32,000 bases of DNA from Cylindrospermopsis raciborskii Cr2010 (GTDB taxonomy: Bacteria; Cyanobacteriota; Cyanobacteriia; Cyanobacteriales; Nostocaceae). Of this stretch, positions 16,440 to 25,381 are shown one piece after another (position 1 is the first letter of the stretch; each line of letters begins with the position of its first letter). The notes under the pieces are model-generated. The model did not search any database and was not told where the DNA came from. It saw nothing but the letters and a program-made list of their open reading frames with translations. Where the stretch lies: contig NZ_CP065936.1 in NCBI RefSeq assembly GCF_003367075.2, positions 2,190,001 to 2,222,000 on the forward strand. Direction: 5' to 3'. A program made the translations under genes and the position numbers.

Positions 16440-17435
16440 ATGCGAAAATCACTTTCCCTATGCACACTATTTGTACTTAGCTTATTGCTAGCAATTAGTT
16501 GTACACCTTATGGTGGAGATAGTAGAGAAATTCAGGTAGGTTTTAGTGTATGGCCTGGATGGCTACCATGGCAAATAGCTGCAAACGAAAACCTATTTAC
16601 TGCCAATAATATACAGGTAAATCTCAAGTGGTTTGATGGTTATTTAGACTCAATTAATGCCTTAAATTCTGGGAAATTGGATGCCAATAGCCAAACCCTC
16701 AATGATACTATTAGCTCCGTAGCAGCAGGATCAGATCAAGTGATTGTCTTAGTAAACGATAATTCCACTGGCAATGATAAGATTATTGTTCGAGAAGGTA
16801 TTAACACCATTGCGGATTTGAAGGGAAAAAAAGTAGCAGTGGAAGAGGGAACTGTTGACCATTTCTTATTACTTCTGGGCATGAAAAAGGCTGGATTGAC
16901 CTCAAATGATATTATTTTGCAACCCTTGGAAACCGGTGCAGCATCCGCAGCATTTGTTGCTGGTCAGGTTGATGCTGTCGGTGTGTTTGCACCCTTTACT
17001 ACTAAAGCTTTAGAACGTCCTGGTAGTAAAGAATTGTTCAGTTCGCGAGATTTTCCTGGAGCGATTCCCGATCATCTGGTAGTGACCCGCCAATTAATTA
17101 AAGAACGTCCTCAAGATGTGCAAGCTCTAGTTAATACTTGGTTTGAGACACTAGACTACATCAAAGCTAATCCAGAAAAAAGCAATGAAATCATGGCAAA
17201 AAGAGCTGGAGTCACTGTTGATGAATACAAAAAATACGCCGAGGGAACTAAAATTTTTAGTGTTGAGGATAATCTTCAAGCTTTTAGTTCTACTAGCAAT
17301 ATAGTGTCATTAAAATATACAGCTCAGGAAATTGCTAAATTTCTCGTTGAGGTAAAACTTGCCAAAAAATTGCCTGACCTTAGTCAAATATTTGATGATC
17401 GTTTTGTCAAAGCCTACGCTGCCAAGCAAAAATAG
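16440..17435 (+). CDS. ABC transporter periplasmic substrate-binding protein, NitT/TauT family (predicted guanidine-binding)
   Basis: 331 aa. Signal peptide ending ...LLLAISC. The pattern GFSVWPGWLPWQIA...KWFDGY...LDA is typical of NitT/TauT (NMT1-like) binding proteins. ATG directly abuts the hypB-like stop. Confidence 0.75.
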   Translation: MRKSLSLCTLFVLSLLLAISCTPYGGDSREIQVGFSVWPGWLPWQIAANENLFTANNIQVNLKWFDGYLDSINALNSGKLDANSQTLNDTISSVAAGSDQVIVLVNDNSTGNDKIIVREGINTIADLKGKKVAVEEGTVDHFLLLLGMKKAGLTSNDIILQPLETGAASAAFVAGQVDAVGVFAPFTTKALERPGSKELFSSRDFPGAIPDHLVVTRQLIKERPQDVQALVNTWFETLDYIKANPEKSNEIMAKRAGVTVDEYKKYAEGTKIFSVEDNLQAFSSTSNIVSLKYTAQEIAKFLVEVKLAKKLPDLSQIFDDRFVKAYAAKQK

Positions 17436-17486
17436 GTAGAGATAATATACTAGTATGCCAAAAACTCATAAACAATCAAAGGATTA

Positions 17487-18278
17487 ATGAGAAAAAATAA
17501 TTCTCCCGCCGTTTCCTGGGGTATTGGTGATAATTCAACCTGGTTGTTCATGATTTTATCAATCACTATTCCGGTTTTTATTTGGTTGGTTGTTTCCAAC
17601 TCTGGTTTAGTTAAACCATTGTTTTTGCCAACCCCTCAAGCAGTTCTTTCTGCTTTACAAAAACTGTGGGCAACCGGTGACCTGCAAACAGATATTGGAT
17701 TTAGTTTATTACGGGTTTTAGGTGGGTTTTTATTAGCTGCTGTTATCTCTATCCCTTTGGGTGTATTAATGGGGAGTTTTCCGGTAGTTCGAGCTTTATT
17801 GGAGCCTGCTATTAGTATTTTTCGCTACATGCCTGCACCTGCTTTTATTCCCCTGCTAATTTTGTATTTCGGTTTAGGAGAAACACCAAAAATACTGTTG
17901 ATATTTATTGGTACAGTGTTCTTTAACACTCTGATGATTATGGACGCGGTAAAGTTTGTTTCTCGAGAATTGATTGAGACTTCTTATACATTAGGTGGTC
18001 AACACCATCAGATTTTATTGCAAGTGATTTTGCCTTTTATTGTGCCGAATATCATTGATGCTTGTCGAGTTAATATGGCAGCTTCTTGGAACTTGGTGAT
18101 TGTAGCAGAGTTAGTAGCTGCAACCGAGGGACTAGGTAGACGCATTAGTGTGGCTCAAAGATTCCTCAAAACAGATGAGATTTTTGCTGGGTTAATTGTC
18201 ATTGGTCTGATTGGTGTAGTTATTGACATTTTGTTAGTTATGCTACATCGTATGGTTTGTAAATGGGCTCATAATTAG
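17487..18278 (+). CDS. ABC transporter permease, NitT/TauT family
   Basis: 263 aa, about six hydrophobic segments. EAA-loop-like region ETSYTLGGQHHQILLQVILPFIVPNI. Confidence 0.8.
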   Translation: MRKNNSPAVSWGIGDNSTWLFMILSITIPVFIWLVVSNSGLVKPLFLPTPQAVLSALQKLWATGDLQTDIGFSLLRVLGGFLLAAVISIPLGVLMGSFPVVRALLEPAISIFRYMPAPAFIPLLILYFGLGETPKILLIFIGTVFFNTLMIMDAVKFVSRELIETSYTLGGQHHQILLQVILPFIVPNIIDACRVNMAASWNLVIVAELVAATEGLGRRISVAQRFLKTDEIFAGLIVIGLIGVVIDILLVMLHRMVCKWAHN

Positions 18279-18509
18279 CATAAATAAAATTTGTTCAAAT
18301 CTTAAAGTTTAAAATTATGCATTTACAGGTCTCTCAACTACATAAACAATAAAATGAATACGACCAAGTCAAGCAAAGTTGGGAATTTCAAAATTACAAA
18401 CGTTTGATTTTCAACCTATTAAGTGGTTATTGAGTGGTATTAAACTCATAATAAAATGCCGTGCATGTTTTTGGATAACTGGGTGGGTGGAATTAAATAT
18501 AAGATGAAC

Positions 18510-18572
18510 GTAGGTTGGATTGAAGTATGAAACCCAACGACAGCGCGGGTTTCGTTCCTCAACCCACCCTAC
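18510..18572. repeat. Imperfect 63-bp palindromic hairpin repeat (short dispersed, MITE-like element typical of Nostocales)
   Basis: GTAGGTTGGATTGAAGTATGAAACCCAACG-acag-CGCGGGTTTCGTTCCTCAACCCACCCTAC. The arms are reverse complements apart from a few positions, mostly G.U-compatible. The minus-strand pseudo-translation VGWVEERNP...FNPTY is the artefactual peptide commonly produced by this repeat family. Confidence 0.6.
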
Positions 18573-18759
18573 AAATAATTGTGCCTCCCTACTTACCACA
18601 CATTTAGTGTCAAGAAAAAATTAGAAAGTCTTAATTTTTGATCAATATTCTCTTGGCTGATCATAGTATTATAGCTCCCAGGGATTACATTTACCTTGCT
18701 CACAAGGCAAACTGATATAGATATATTAAGATGAAACTCACCAAAGAAAATAATCAAGA

Positions 18760-20406
18760 ATGACTCACATTTCAACAGTGTTACCATCTTCTGCGCTGAC
18801 AAACTACCTATTAGGCGCGCTTTTCATCCCGCCAACAGGTGCACAATTGACTAAGTTCATTTTAACTTTGGGTTTGTGTGCGGGAATTTCCGTAGCAATT
18901 TATCTGGGACTTTTTTATGTCCTGCGACCTATTGTCCGTAAGTTAGAAAAAGATACGTGGATTCTCGTCCTCGGTCTTTCTCAAGCTCCTCTGTCCGCAG
19001 TTTTGGTATTGTCCAGTCTCAAGATTTCCCTAGTCAATTTTAGCAGTTCCGGGGAAATCATTGAATGGATCCAAAAATTTGCTACAGCTTTTCTCATAGC
19101 CGCATTTACCTATTGGATTACTCAGATACTCACTGAATTGGTGGTTGTCTACTTAAAATCCTATGCTAGACAAACTGAAGCGGTTTGGGATGATGTTTTA
19201 GTACCCCTTTTGAAGAATTTCATCCCAGTTCTGACTTATATTATTGGCTTCTCCCTATTTTTTACCGTTCTGGGTGTAGACCTATCGGGAATAGGATTAG
19301 CCCTGGGTAGTATTACCTTGGTATTAGGTTTAGCAGTCAGGGACATTTTAAGCAATTTTTTCAGTGGTCTGGTCTTGCTAATTGACACACCATTTGAATT
19401 CGGAGATGTGATTGTTTTTGATGGTTCCCTGGCAATTATCAAGGAAATCGGTATTCGAGTTACCAAATTGTATCTGATTGAAGAGCATTGCGAAAAGTAT
19501 GTACCGAATGCTACTCTAAGCAATCAGAGTATTACTAACTTGAGTCGTCCTACAACACACTATGCCTATAAAATTCCCGTGTCTGTGAGAATTGATGCCG
19601 ATTCTGCTTTAGCAACCAATATCTTGAAGGAAATTGTGATTGGACATCCAGACACCATAGCCAATTTTGATGATAAGCTAAGATACTTGGATTCATTTTA
19701 TGGATTGAAGGAAGCTCAGGATAACAAACCTTCTAAAAAAGAAGCGGGGCGGAACCGTCTAGAATTAGACAAAGAAATTAGCCTACAGTTGAAAAAGATT
19801 GGTGCTGCATTTGAAACACTACTGGAAGAAATTAAGGTTCTGGAAAGAGGTGGTTTAGATACACAGGAATTAATGGTTCTCCAAAAAACTTACATGGATA
19901 TTTTGGAACTGGTGGGTATGGTAATTGTAACAGAGCGCAAGGGTAAACGACAGCGCTCTAGGTTAGAAGAGGAATCTAGCCAAAAAACAAACCTCATTTC
20001 TTTAGTCAGAATCTGGTATCGCACTTGGTTAGAAGATCCAGATTTAGTTATGGAAGACCGTCAGATATTACCTGATGAATGGGAGCAGAAAATTGACCTG
20101 CTCAAACTTAAACTGAATAAACTATTTCAGATCATTTCTAATCCAGGAGTTAAGGAAACTCGATTGGACAATTATGTGGAAAACTTTGCCGAATGGCTAG
20201 AATCCAGCTTTAAGGAGTCTTCTACAGCTTGGAAGGAACCACAAGTACAAATCACCAATATTCAGGGATCTTCCATGGAATTTGCTGTCAGGTTCTACGT
20301 TGATAATATTCAGCTGGAACATTGGCGACGTGGTGAACGGGTTAAAAATGAAGTACGCCGAGAAATGATTCGACGATTAAGATTAGCTCATATTTACACT
20401 GGCTAA
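18760..20406 (+). CDS. MscS-family mechanosensitive channel with enlarged cytoplasmic domain
   Basis: 548 aa. Several N-terminal TM helices, pore-helix/beta-domain signature LAVRDILSNFFSGLVLLIDTPFEFGDVI, and a C-terminal alpha/beta-domain remnant EPQVQITNIQGSSMEFAVRFYV. Confidence 0.85.
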   Translation: MTHISTVLPSSALTNYLLGALFIPPTGAQLTKFILTLGLCAGISVAIYLGLFYVLRPIVRKLEKDTWILVLGLSQAPLSAVLVLSSLKISLVNFSSSGEIIEWIQKFATAFLIAAFTYWITQILTELVVVYLKSYARQTEAVWDDVLVPLLKNFIPVLTYIIGFSLFFTVLGVDLSGIGLALGSITLVLGLAVRDILSNFFSGLVLLIDTPFEFGDVIVFDGSLAIIKEIGIRVTKLYLIEEHCEKYVPNATLSNQSITNLSRPTTHYAYKIPVSVRIDADSALATNILKEIVIGHPDTIANFDDKLRYLDSFYGLKEAQDNKPSKKEAGRNRLELDKEISLQLKKIGAAFETLLEEIKVLERGGLDTQELMVLQKTYMDILELVGMVIVTERKGKRQRSRLEEESSQKTNLISLVRIWYRTWLEDPDLVMEDRQILPDEWEQKIDLLKLKLNKLFQIISNPGVKETRLDNYVENFAEWLESSFKESSTAWKEPQVQITNIQGSSMEFAVRFYVDNIQLEHWRRGERVKNEVRREMIRRLRLAHIYTG

Positions 20407-20423
20407 CTGTCAATTTTTTCGGT

Positions 20424-20472
20424 CTCCACTCCTGGTGCTTTAACAGCATAATCAGGGTGGAGCTTTGTTTTT
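20424..20472 (+). terminator. Rho-independent terminator downstream of the MscS-family gene
   Basis: CTCCAC(T)CCTG (20424-20434) pairs with CAGGGTGGAG (20453-20462), 10 bp with one bulge. An inner TGCT/AGCA extension adds to the stem. CTTTGTTTTT follows. Confidence 0.65.
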
Positions 20473-20554
20473 AATGTTAAACTAGCTGGGATGTGATATG
20501 GTTATACCATATTACATCCTACAACCCCTAAAATTTGTAACTGTTGTAACAACT

Positions 20555-21826
20555 ATGATCAAACCTGCCCTAACTAAAATTGGCGCTCAAATGTCTAACT
20601 TAACTGGCGTTAGAGCAATTATGAAAGATATAAATGAAACACTCAGAGCAAATCAAGGGCAGGTATTATATAATCTCAGTGCTGGCAATCCCTTGATACT
20701 ACCAGAAGTAGAGCAATTATGGCGAGACTGCACAGCAGATTTACTGTCCAGTGGGGAGTATGGGGAGGTTGTCTGTCGCTATGGTTCTTCTCAGGGTTAC
20801 GCGCCCTTTATTGCTGCTATCGTTAAGGATTTCAATCAACGTTATGGCTTGCAGTTAACAGAACGTAATATTTTAGTTACAGCTGGTAGTCAAACTATTT
20901 ACTTCTATGCAGCTAATGCTTACGGTGGATATACTGAGGAGTGCAAATTGAAAAAAATTGTTTTGCCCCTCAGTCCAGATTATACAGGATATGGTGGTGT
21001 GAGTATCTGTCCAGAATCTTTAATTGCCTATAAACCAGCTCTGGATGTTGATGGTGTAAATCATCGTTTTAAATACCGTCCTGATTTTACCCAGCTTTCT
21101 ATTACTCAGGAAACAGGTTGTGTGATTTTTTCTCGTCCCTGTAACCCCACAGGTAATGTGTTGACCAATGAAGAGGTGGAAAAAATTGCCGCCCTGGCCA
21201 CGCCCTATGATGTACCAGTCTTCATAGATTCCGCCTATGCGCCCCCTTTCCCAGCTTTGAATTTTACCGAGATGAAACCCGTATTTGGCGAAAATATTAT
21301 CCACTGTATCAGTTTGTCAAAAGCTGGGTTGCCAGGAGAAAGAATTGGGGTGGCTATCGGTGAGGAAAAATTATTACAGGTTTTAGAGTGTTTTCAAACT
21401 AATGCTGGTATTCATTCTTCTAGATATGGTCAGGCGATCGCCACCCGTGCCATAGAATCGGGGGCCTTGGCAAATATTGCGGAAACTGTGATTAGACCAT
21501 TTTATCAGCATAAATTTGATGTATTGGAAAGCACTTTAGATGCGGTAATGCCCAAGGATTTACCGTGGTTTTTACATCGGGGTGAGGGAGCGATTTTTGC
21601 CTGGTTATGGCTACAGGAATTACCCATTAGTGACTGGGAATTTTACCAACAGTTAAAGAAAGTTGGTGTGATAGTTGTACCAGGTAGTAGTTTCTTTCCC
21701 GGGTTAGAGGAGAATTGGGAACACAAACATCAATGTCTACGCATTAGTTTGACAGGTACTGATGAGGAAATTAGTATTGGTATGCAGCGTTTGGCGAAGA
21801 TTGCCCAAGAGGTTTATCATCAATAG
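20555..21826 (+). CDS. avtA: Valine--pyruvate aminotransferase (AvtA-like, class I/II PLP aminotransferase)
   Basis: Colinear with E. coli AvtA as I recall it: FKYRPDF..ETGCVIFSRPCNPTGNV, PLP-lysine region SLSKAGLPGERIG, EGAIFAWLWLQELPI, HQCLRISL. I start at ATG 20555 (MIKPALTKIG), because the 19 codons upstream have no counterpart in AvtA. Confidence 0.8.
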   Translation: MIKPALTKIGAQMSNLTGVRAIMKDINETLRANQGQVLYNLSAGNPLILPEVEQLWRDCTADLLSSGEYGEVVCRYGSSQGYAPFIAAIVKDFNQRYGLQLTERNILVTAGSQTIYFYAANAYGGYTEECKLKKIVLPLSPDYTGYGGVSICPESLIAYKPALDVDGVNHRFKYRPDFTQLSITQETGCVIFSRPCNPTGNVLTNEEVEKIAALATPYDVPVFIDSAYAPPFPALNFTEMKPVFGENIIHCISLSKAGLPGERIGVAIGEEKLLQVLECFQTNAGIHSSRYGQAIATRAIESGALANIAETVIRPFYQHKFDVLESTLDAVMPKDLPWFLHRGEGAIFAWLWLQELPISDWEFYQQLKKVGVIVVPGSSFFPGLEENWEHKHQCLRISLTGTDEEISIGMQRLAKIAQEVYHQ

Positions 21827-21848
21827 TGTTCAGACTAAATGAATCACA

Positions 21849-22484
21849 ATGAAGCGGGAAAATAAAAACAGAAAACAAGAAATTGGAGATCAAAAAAAGG
21901 GGGAAACAAATCAGAGTTTCCCATTCCCCAACCTAGATGATTGGATCGAGATTGGTAAAATCGTTGCACCTCAAGGGTTAACTGGGGAAATGCGGGTTTA
22001 TCCCCAGACTGATTTTCCAGAAAGGTTTGAAGAACCGGGGACTCGCTGGTTATTGCTCCCGGGAGAACCATCACCTCAACCGGTACAGTTATTACATGGT
22101 CGGTATGTAGAAGGCAAAAATCTATATGTAATTAAATTGCATGGTATAGGCGATCGCACTGCTGCAGAAAACCTGAGGGAGGGTAGACTATTTGTACCAA
22201 TAGGCGATCGCCCGGAATTAGCTCCAGGAGAGTTTCACGTTATAGACCTGATAGGACTACCTGTATTTATGCAAGAATCTGGGGAGAGGATAGGGGATGT
22301 GACGGACATATTACCTTCTGGACACGACTTGTTGGAAGTAAAATGTGATCCATCTTGGAATAAGAACTTAGGGGGAAAGACGGTTTTAATTCCCTTTGTG
22401 ATGGAAATTGTCCCTGTGGTAGATTTAGGCAATAGACGGATTGAAATTACTCCTCCCCCTGGTTTATTGTCAATCAATGAATGA
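21849..22484 (+). CDS. rimM: 16S rRNA processing protein RimM
   Basis: WIEIGKIVAPQGLTGEMRVYPQTDFPERF, then a PRC-barrel-like C-terminus (FHVIDLIGLPV...IPFV..IV..VDL..RRIEI.PP.GLL). It has an unusually long Lys-rich N-terminal extension, with no alternative in-frame start seen. Confidence 0.85.
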   Translation: MKRENKNRKQEIGDQKKGETNQSFPFPNLDDWIEIGKIVAPQGLTGEMRVYPQTDFPERFEEPGTRWLLLPGEPSPQPVQLLHGRYVEGKNLYVIKLHGIGDRTAAENLREGRLFVPIGDRPELAPGEFHVIDLIGLPVFMQESGERIGDVTDILPSGHDLLEVKCDPSWNKNLGGKTVLIPFVMEIVPVVDLGNRRIEITPPPGLLSINE

Positions 22485-22485
22485 G

Positions 22486-23433
22486 CTATTCGGGACTGCT
22501 ATTAGCCCTATTAGCGCGAGCATCAGCAGAACTCATAACTTCTGCTAAATTTTCCAACACCTCACCGGGATAGTTTTCCAATTTTCTGGTAGAAATAGCA
22601 ACTCTCCCCTTACTTTCATCTATATCAATAACAATACCCTTAATTTCCTGACCGATTTGGAAGACCTTTTCCAAAGACTCAGTAAATTTCTGACTAACTT
22701 GCTTGATATGGAGTAGGGCGCTCACCCCATCCAAATCAACAAACACACCAAATGGCTTAATCCCAGTCACCTTACCAGTGACCAACTGATCAGTCTGTAA
22801 TAAACTGAGGTTACTGGAACGAGTTGCCAATCGTTGAGAAAGAATTAACTTTTTGTTAGCGCGGTTCACCTCTAAAAAACCGACAGTAAGGGTTTGTCCC
22901 TTGAGAGCTTCTAGATTTTCCCGCTCCACCAAGTGGGATTTGGGAATAAAACCGCGTAGGGAAAGAACCTCCACATTCACCCCACCCTTATTCACACCAA
23001 TAACTCTTACGGGGATGCTTTGGGAACTTTCTTGCATTTGAGCAACTTTTTCCCAAATGTGCTGAATTTCCAGTTGTCTACGGGAAATAGTAACTTGACC
23101 TTCCGCATCTTGCTCACGAATAATCAAAAACTCCATCTCCTCATTTAGGGGAAGAATTTCCGATAAATCCGTGACTGTTCTCAAGGAAGCTTCATCTCGG
23201 GGAAGGAATGCTGATGATTTACCTCCAATATCAACATAGGCTCCGTCATGGTCAAGTTGAAATACTTTACCGCGTACAATTTGTCCTTTTTGAAATTGGT
23301 AATCGTGTTTTTCTAAAGCCTTAGCAAAATCATCCATAGAAAAAGATGAGGTAGCTATTTGAGAAGATTCGGATGGAGAAGTCATGATTTTTGAAGATGA
23401 GGGCAAGATATTTAATGGATTAATGGTAGACAA
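22486..23433 (-). CDS. 30S ribosomal protein S1 paralogue (three S1 domains; Rps1B/Nbp1-like)
   Basis: 315 aa. FAKALEKHDYQFQKGQIVRGKVFQLDHDGAYVDIGGKSSAFLP, followed by two further S1-type OB folds (VRVIGVNKGGVNVEV..LRGFIP and VTGKVTGIKPFGVFVDL). Confidence 0.85.
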   Translation of the reverse strand: MSTINPLNILPSSSKIMTSPSESSQIATSSFSMDDFAKALEKHDYQFQKGQIVRGKVFQLDHDGAYVDIGGKSSAFLPRDEASLRTVTDLSEILPLNEEMEFLIIREQDAEGQVTISRRQLEIQHIWEKVAQMQESSQSIPVRVIGVNKGGVNVEVLSLRGFIPKSHLVERENLEALKGQTLTVGFLEVNRANKKLILSQRLATRSSNLSLLQTDQLVTGKVTGIKPFGVFVDLDGVSALLHIKQVSQKFTESLEKVFQIGQEIKGIVIDIDESKGRVAISTRKLENYPGEVLENLAEVMSSADARANRANSSPE

Positions 23434-23455
23434 TTTCCAGATAGTTTGTTATTGA

Positions 23456-24226
23456 TCAATCATTAGTTGTCACCAGTAGGCTAAACAGTTGTTGAACTTG
23501 TTCCCAAGCTTCAGCAGCGGCTTTAACATTATAACTGGCGCGGTGATCGCAAAAAAATCCGTGATTAGCTCCATCGTAGCGAAAGATCCGATGGGGAACG
23601 TGGTGTTTTTTTAAAGTATCCTCAATTTCATCTACCTGTTCTTGGGGTATACTAGCATCTTCCATGCCAAAAAACAGATAAATAGTGCCAGAAATTTCCG
23701 ATGTACGCAGTAGAGTAGGGTGATTACCTCCGGGGGTGCGGGTAGGGATTCCAGCGCCATAAAAGGAAGCTGTAGCCTTAATATCCGGGAGAGTGGCTGC
23801 TAAATAGGCTACATGTCCCCCAAAGCAAAATCCTATACAACCAAAATTACCTGGTTGCACATTCTCCAAGGTCTTGAGATAATTGATGGTGGATCCTATA
23901 TCACCCAGTAGCTCTGTAGCTTTAGTTTGTGACCAAGCATATTTTCTACCGACCTCAATTTCATCTGGGCTATATCCTGCTTCAAATCCTGGTGCTTGGC
24001 GTTGAAAAAGAGCAGGGGCGATGGCCACATACCCTAACCTGGCAATTCGTTCTGTGACATCGCGAATATGTTCGTTTACGCCAAATATCTCTTGCAAGAC
24101 CACAATTCCTGGATAGATACCAGTTGCTACAGGTTGTGCCAAATAAGCATCTATGGAACCATCTAAACCGTGAATTTGAACTTTTTTGGCATTGATAGCT
24201 CGAGGATAATTTTCCGTCATGATCAA
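23456..24226 (-). CDS. Dienelactone hydrolase family protein
   Basis: 256 aa. Nucleophile motif GCIGFCFGG and C-terminal YDGANHGF (catalytic His). Confidence 0.85.
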   Translation of the reverse strand: MIMTENYPRAINAKKVQIHGLDGSIDAYLAQPVATGIYPGIVVLQEIFGVNEHIRDVTERIARLGYVAIAPALFQRQAPGFEAGYSPDEIEVGRKYAWSQTKATELLGDIGSTINYLKTLENVQPGNFGCIGFCFGGHVAYLAATLPDIKATASFYGAGIPTRTPGGNHPTLLRTSEISGTIYLFFGMEDASIPQEQVDEIEDTLKKHHVPHRIFRYDGANHGFFCDHRASYNVKAAAEAWEQVQQLFSLLVTTND

Positions 24227-24380
24227 AAAAATATAAGGGAATGCAAAAAGTAGATGAATTGATTTGAAGAATATTCTAACTAAATTCTGACATTGCTATC
24301 TTAAACAAGTAACAGATAGAAAGTAGATATACAAAATTCAAGACTGTTAACAACAGCTACAGTCATTAGGAGAATTGGTA

Positions 24381-25367
24381 ATGATTCAATTCCGTATTCA
24401 GCCAGACAGTGAAATTCCCGCTTCTAGTCAATTATTTAATCAAATTCGCTTTGCGATCGCCTGTGGACAGTATGGTTCTGGTTACAAACTACCCAGCACT
24501 AGAGCCTTAGCTATACAAACGGGACTGCACCGCAATACAATTAGCAAAGTGTATCGTCAATTGGAGGAAGAAGGATTTGTCGAGAGTTTAGCAGGTTCAG
24601 GAATTTATGTTCGGGTTCAAGGCCACGAAACTGGTAGTCGTTTACAACTACCAATTTTGCAACAATATCCCCAAGCATTTAAATCCATCCAACAAACCCT
24701 AGACGAACTACTCAATCAAGGTTGTTCCCTCAATCAAGCTAGAGAGCTATTCTTAGCTGAGGTAGATTGGCGTCTGCGATGCAGTGCTAGGGTTTTGGTA
24801 GCAGTACCATTACAGGATATTGGGGTTGGACAATTAATGGTTGACGAATTGGAAGAGTCCCTAGAAATTCCCGTAGAGCTAGTGGCCATGGAAGAATTGG
24901 CCGCAGTCCTAGAAGAAACTACCTCCGCTACCTTGGTGACAAGTAGATACTTTATAGGGGATGTGGAAGCAATTGCTGCTCCCAAAGCAGTGCGTGTTAT
25001 TCCTCTTGATATTCATGACTATAATAAAGAACTAAATGTAGTTAAAAACCTCCCTAGATCCAGTTGTGTCGGTATAGTTAGTCTTAGTCCCGGTATTCTA
25101 AGAGCTACAGAAGTAATACTACATGGGTTACGTGGTGATGATTTACTAGTCATGACCGCCCAACCCAAGGATGCTTATAAGTTAAATGCGATCGCCAAGC
25201 GATGCGAGGTGATTTTTTGTACTGACGCCACAAGTCATTCTGGTGTACAAACGGTAGTACAGGGCATAGCAGAAGATATCATTCGTCCTCCCAAACTAAT
25301 TCGCTGTGCAAATTATATTGCTCTACAATCAGTGAATTTACTACAAAGGGAATTAGGATTAATTTAG
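24381..25367 (+). CDS. plmA: GntR-family transcriptional regulator, cyanobacterial PlmA type
   Basis: wHTH LPSTRALAIQTGLHRNTISKVYRQLEEEGFVESLAGSGIYV with a ~250-aa C-terminal domain. Length and N-terminus (MIQFRIQPDSEIPAS.QLF.QIRFAIA) match my memory of Anabaena PlmA. ATG 24381 is preferred over TTG 24375. Confidence 0.7.
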   Translation: MIQFRIQPDSEIPASSQLFNQIRFAIACGQYGSGYKLPSTRALAIQTGLHRNTISKVYRQLEEEGFVESLAGSGIYVRVQGHETGSRLQLPILQQYPQAFKSIQQTLDELLNQGCSLNQARELFLAEVDWRLRCSARVLVAVPLQDIGVGQLMVDELEESLEIPVELVAMEELAAVLEETTSATLVTSRYFIGDVEAIAAPKAVRVIPLDIHDYNKELNVVKNLPRSSCVGIVSLSPGILRATEVILHGLRGDDLLVMTAQPKDAYKLNAIAKRCEVIFCTDATSHSGVQTVVQGIAEDIIRPPKLIRCANYIALQSVNLLQRELGLI

Positions 25368-25381
25368 AGATTTTTCGCCAT

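Noticed and set aside
18411-18802. Minus-strand ORFs of 62 aa and 69 aa in the permease-mscS gap
   Set aside because: The first is the translation of the palindromic repeat (VGWVEERNP...). The second runs through an AT-rich promoter region and overlaps the mscS start. Neither has a ribosome-binding context or family resemblance.
19236-25000. Antisense ORFs at 19236-19523, 21020-21304, 21844-22074, 22235-22477, 22853-23041 and 24734-24985
   Set aside because: Each lies fully within or across a well-supported gene on the opposite strand and shows no family resemblance.
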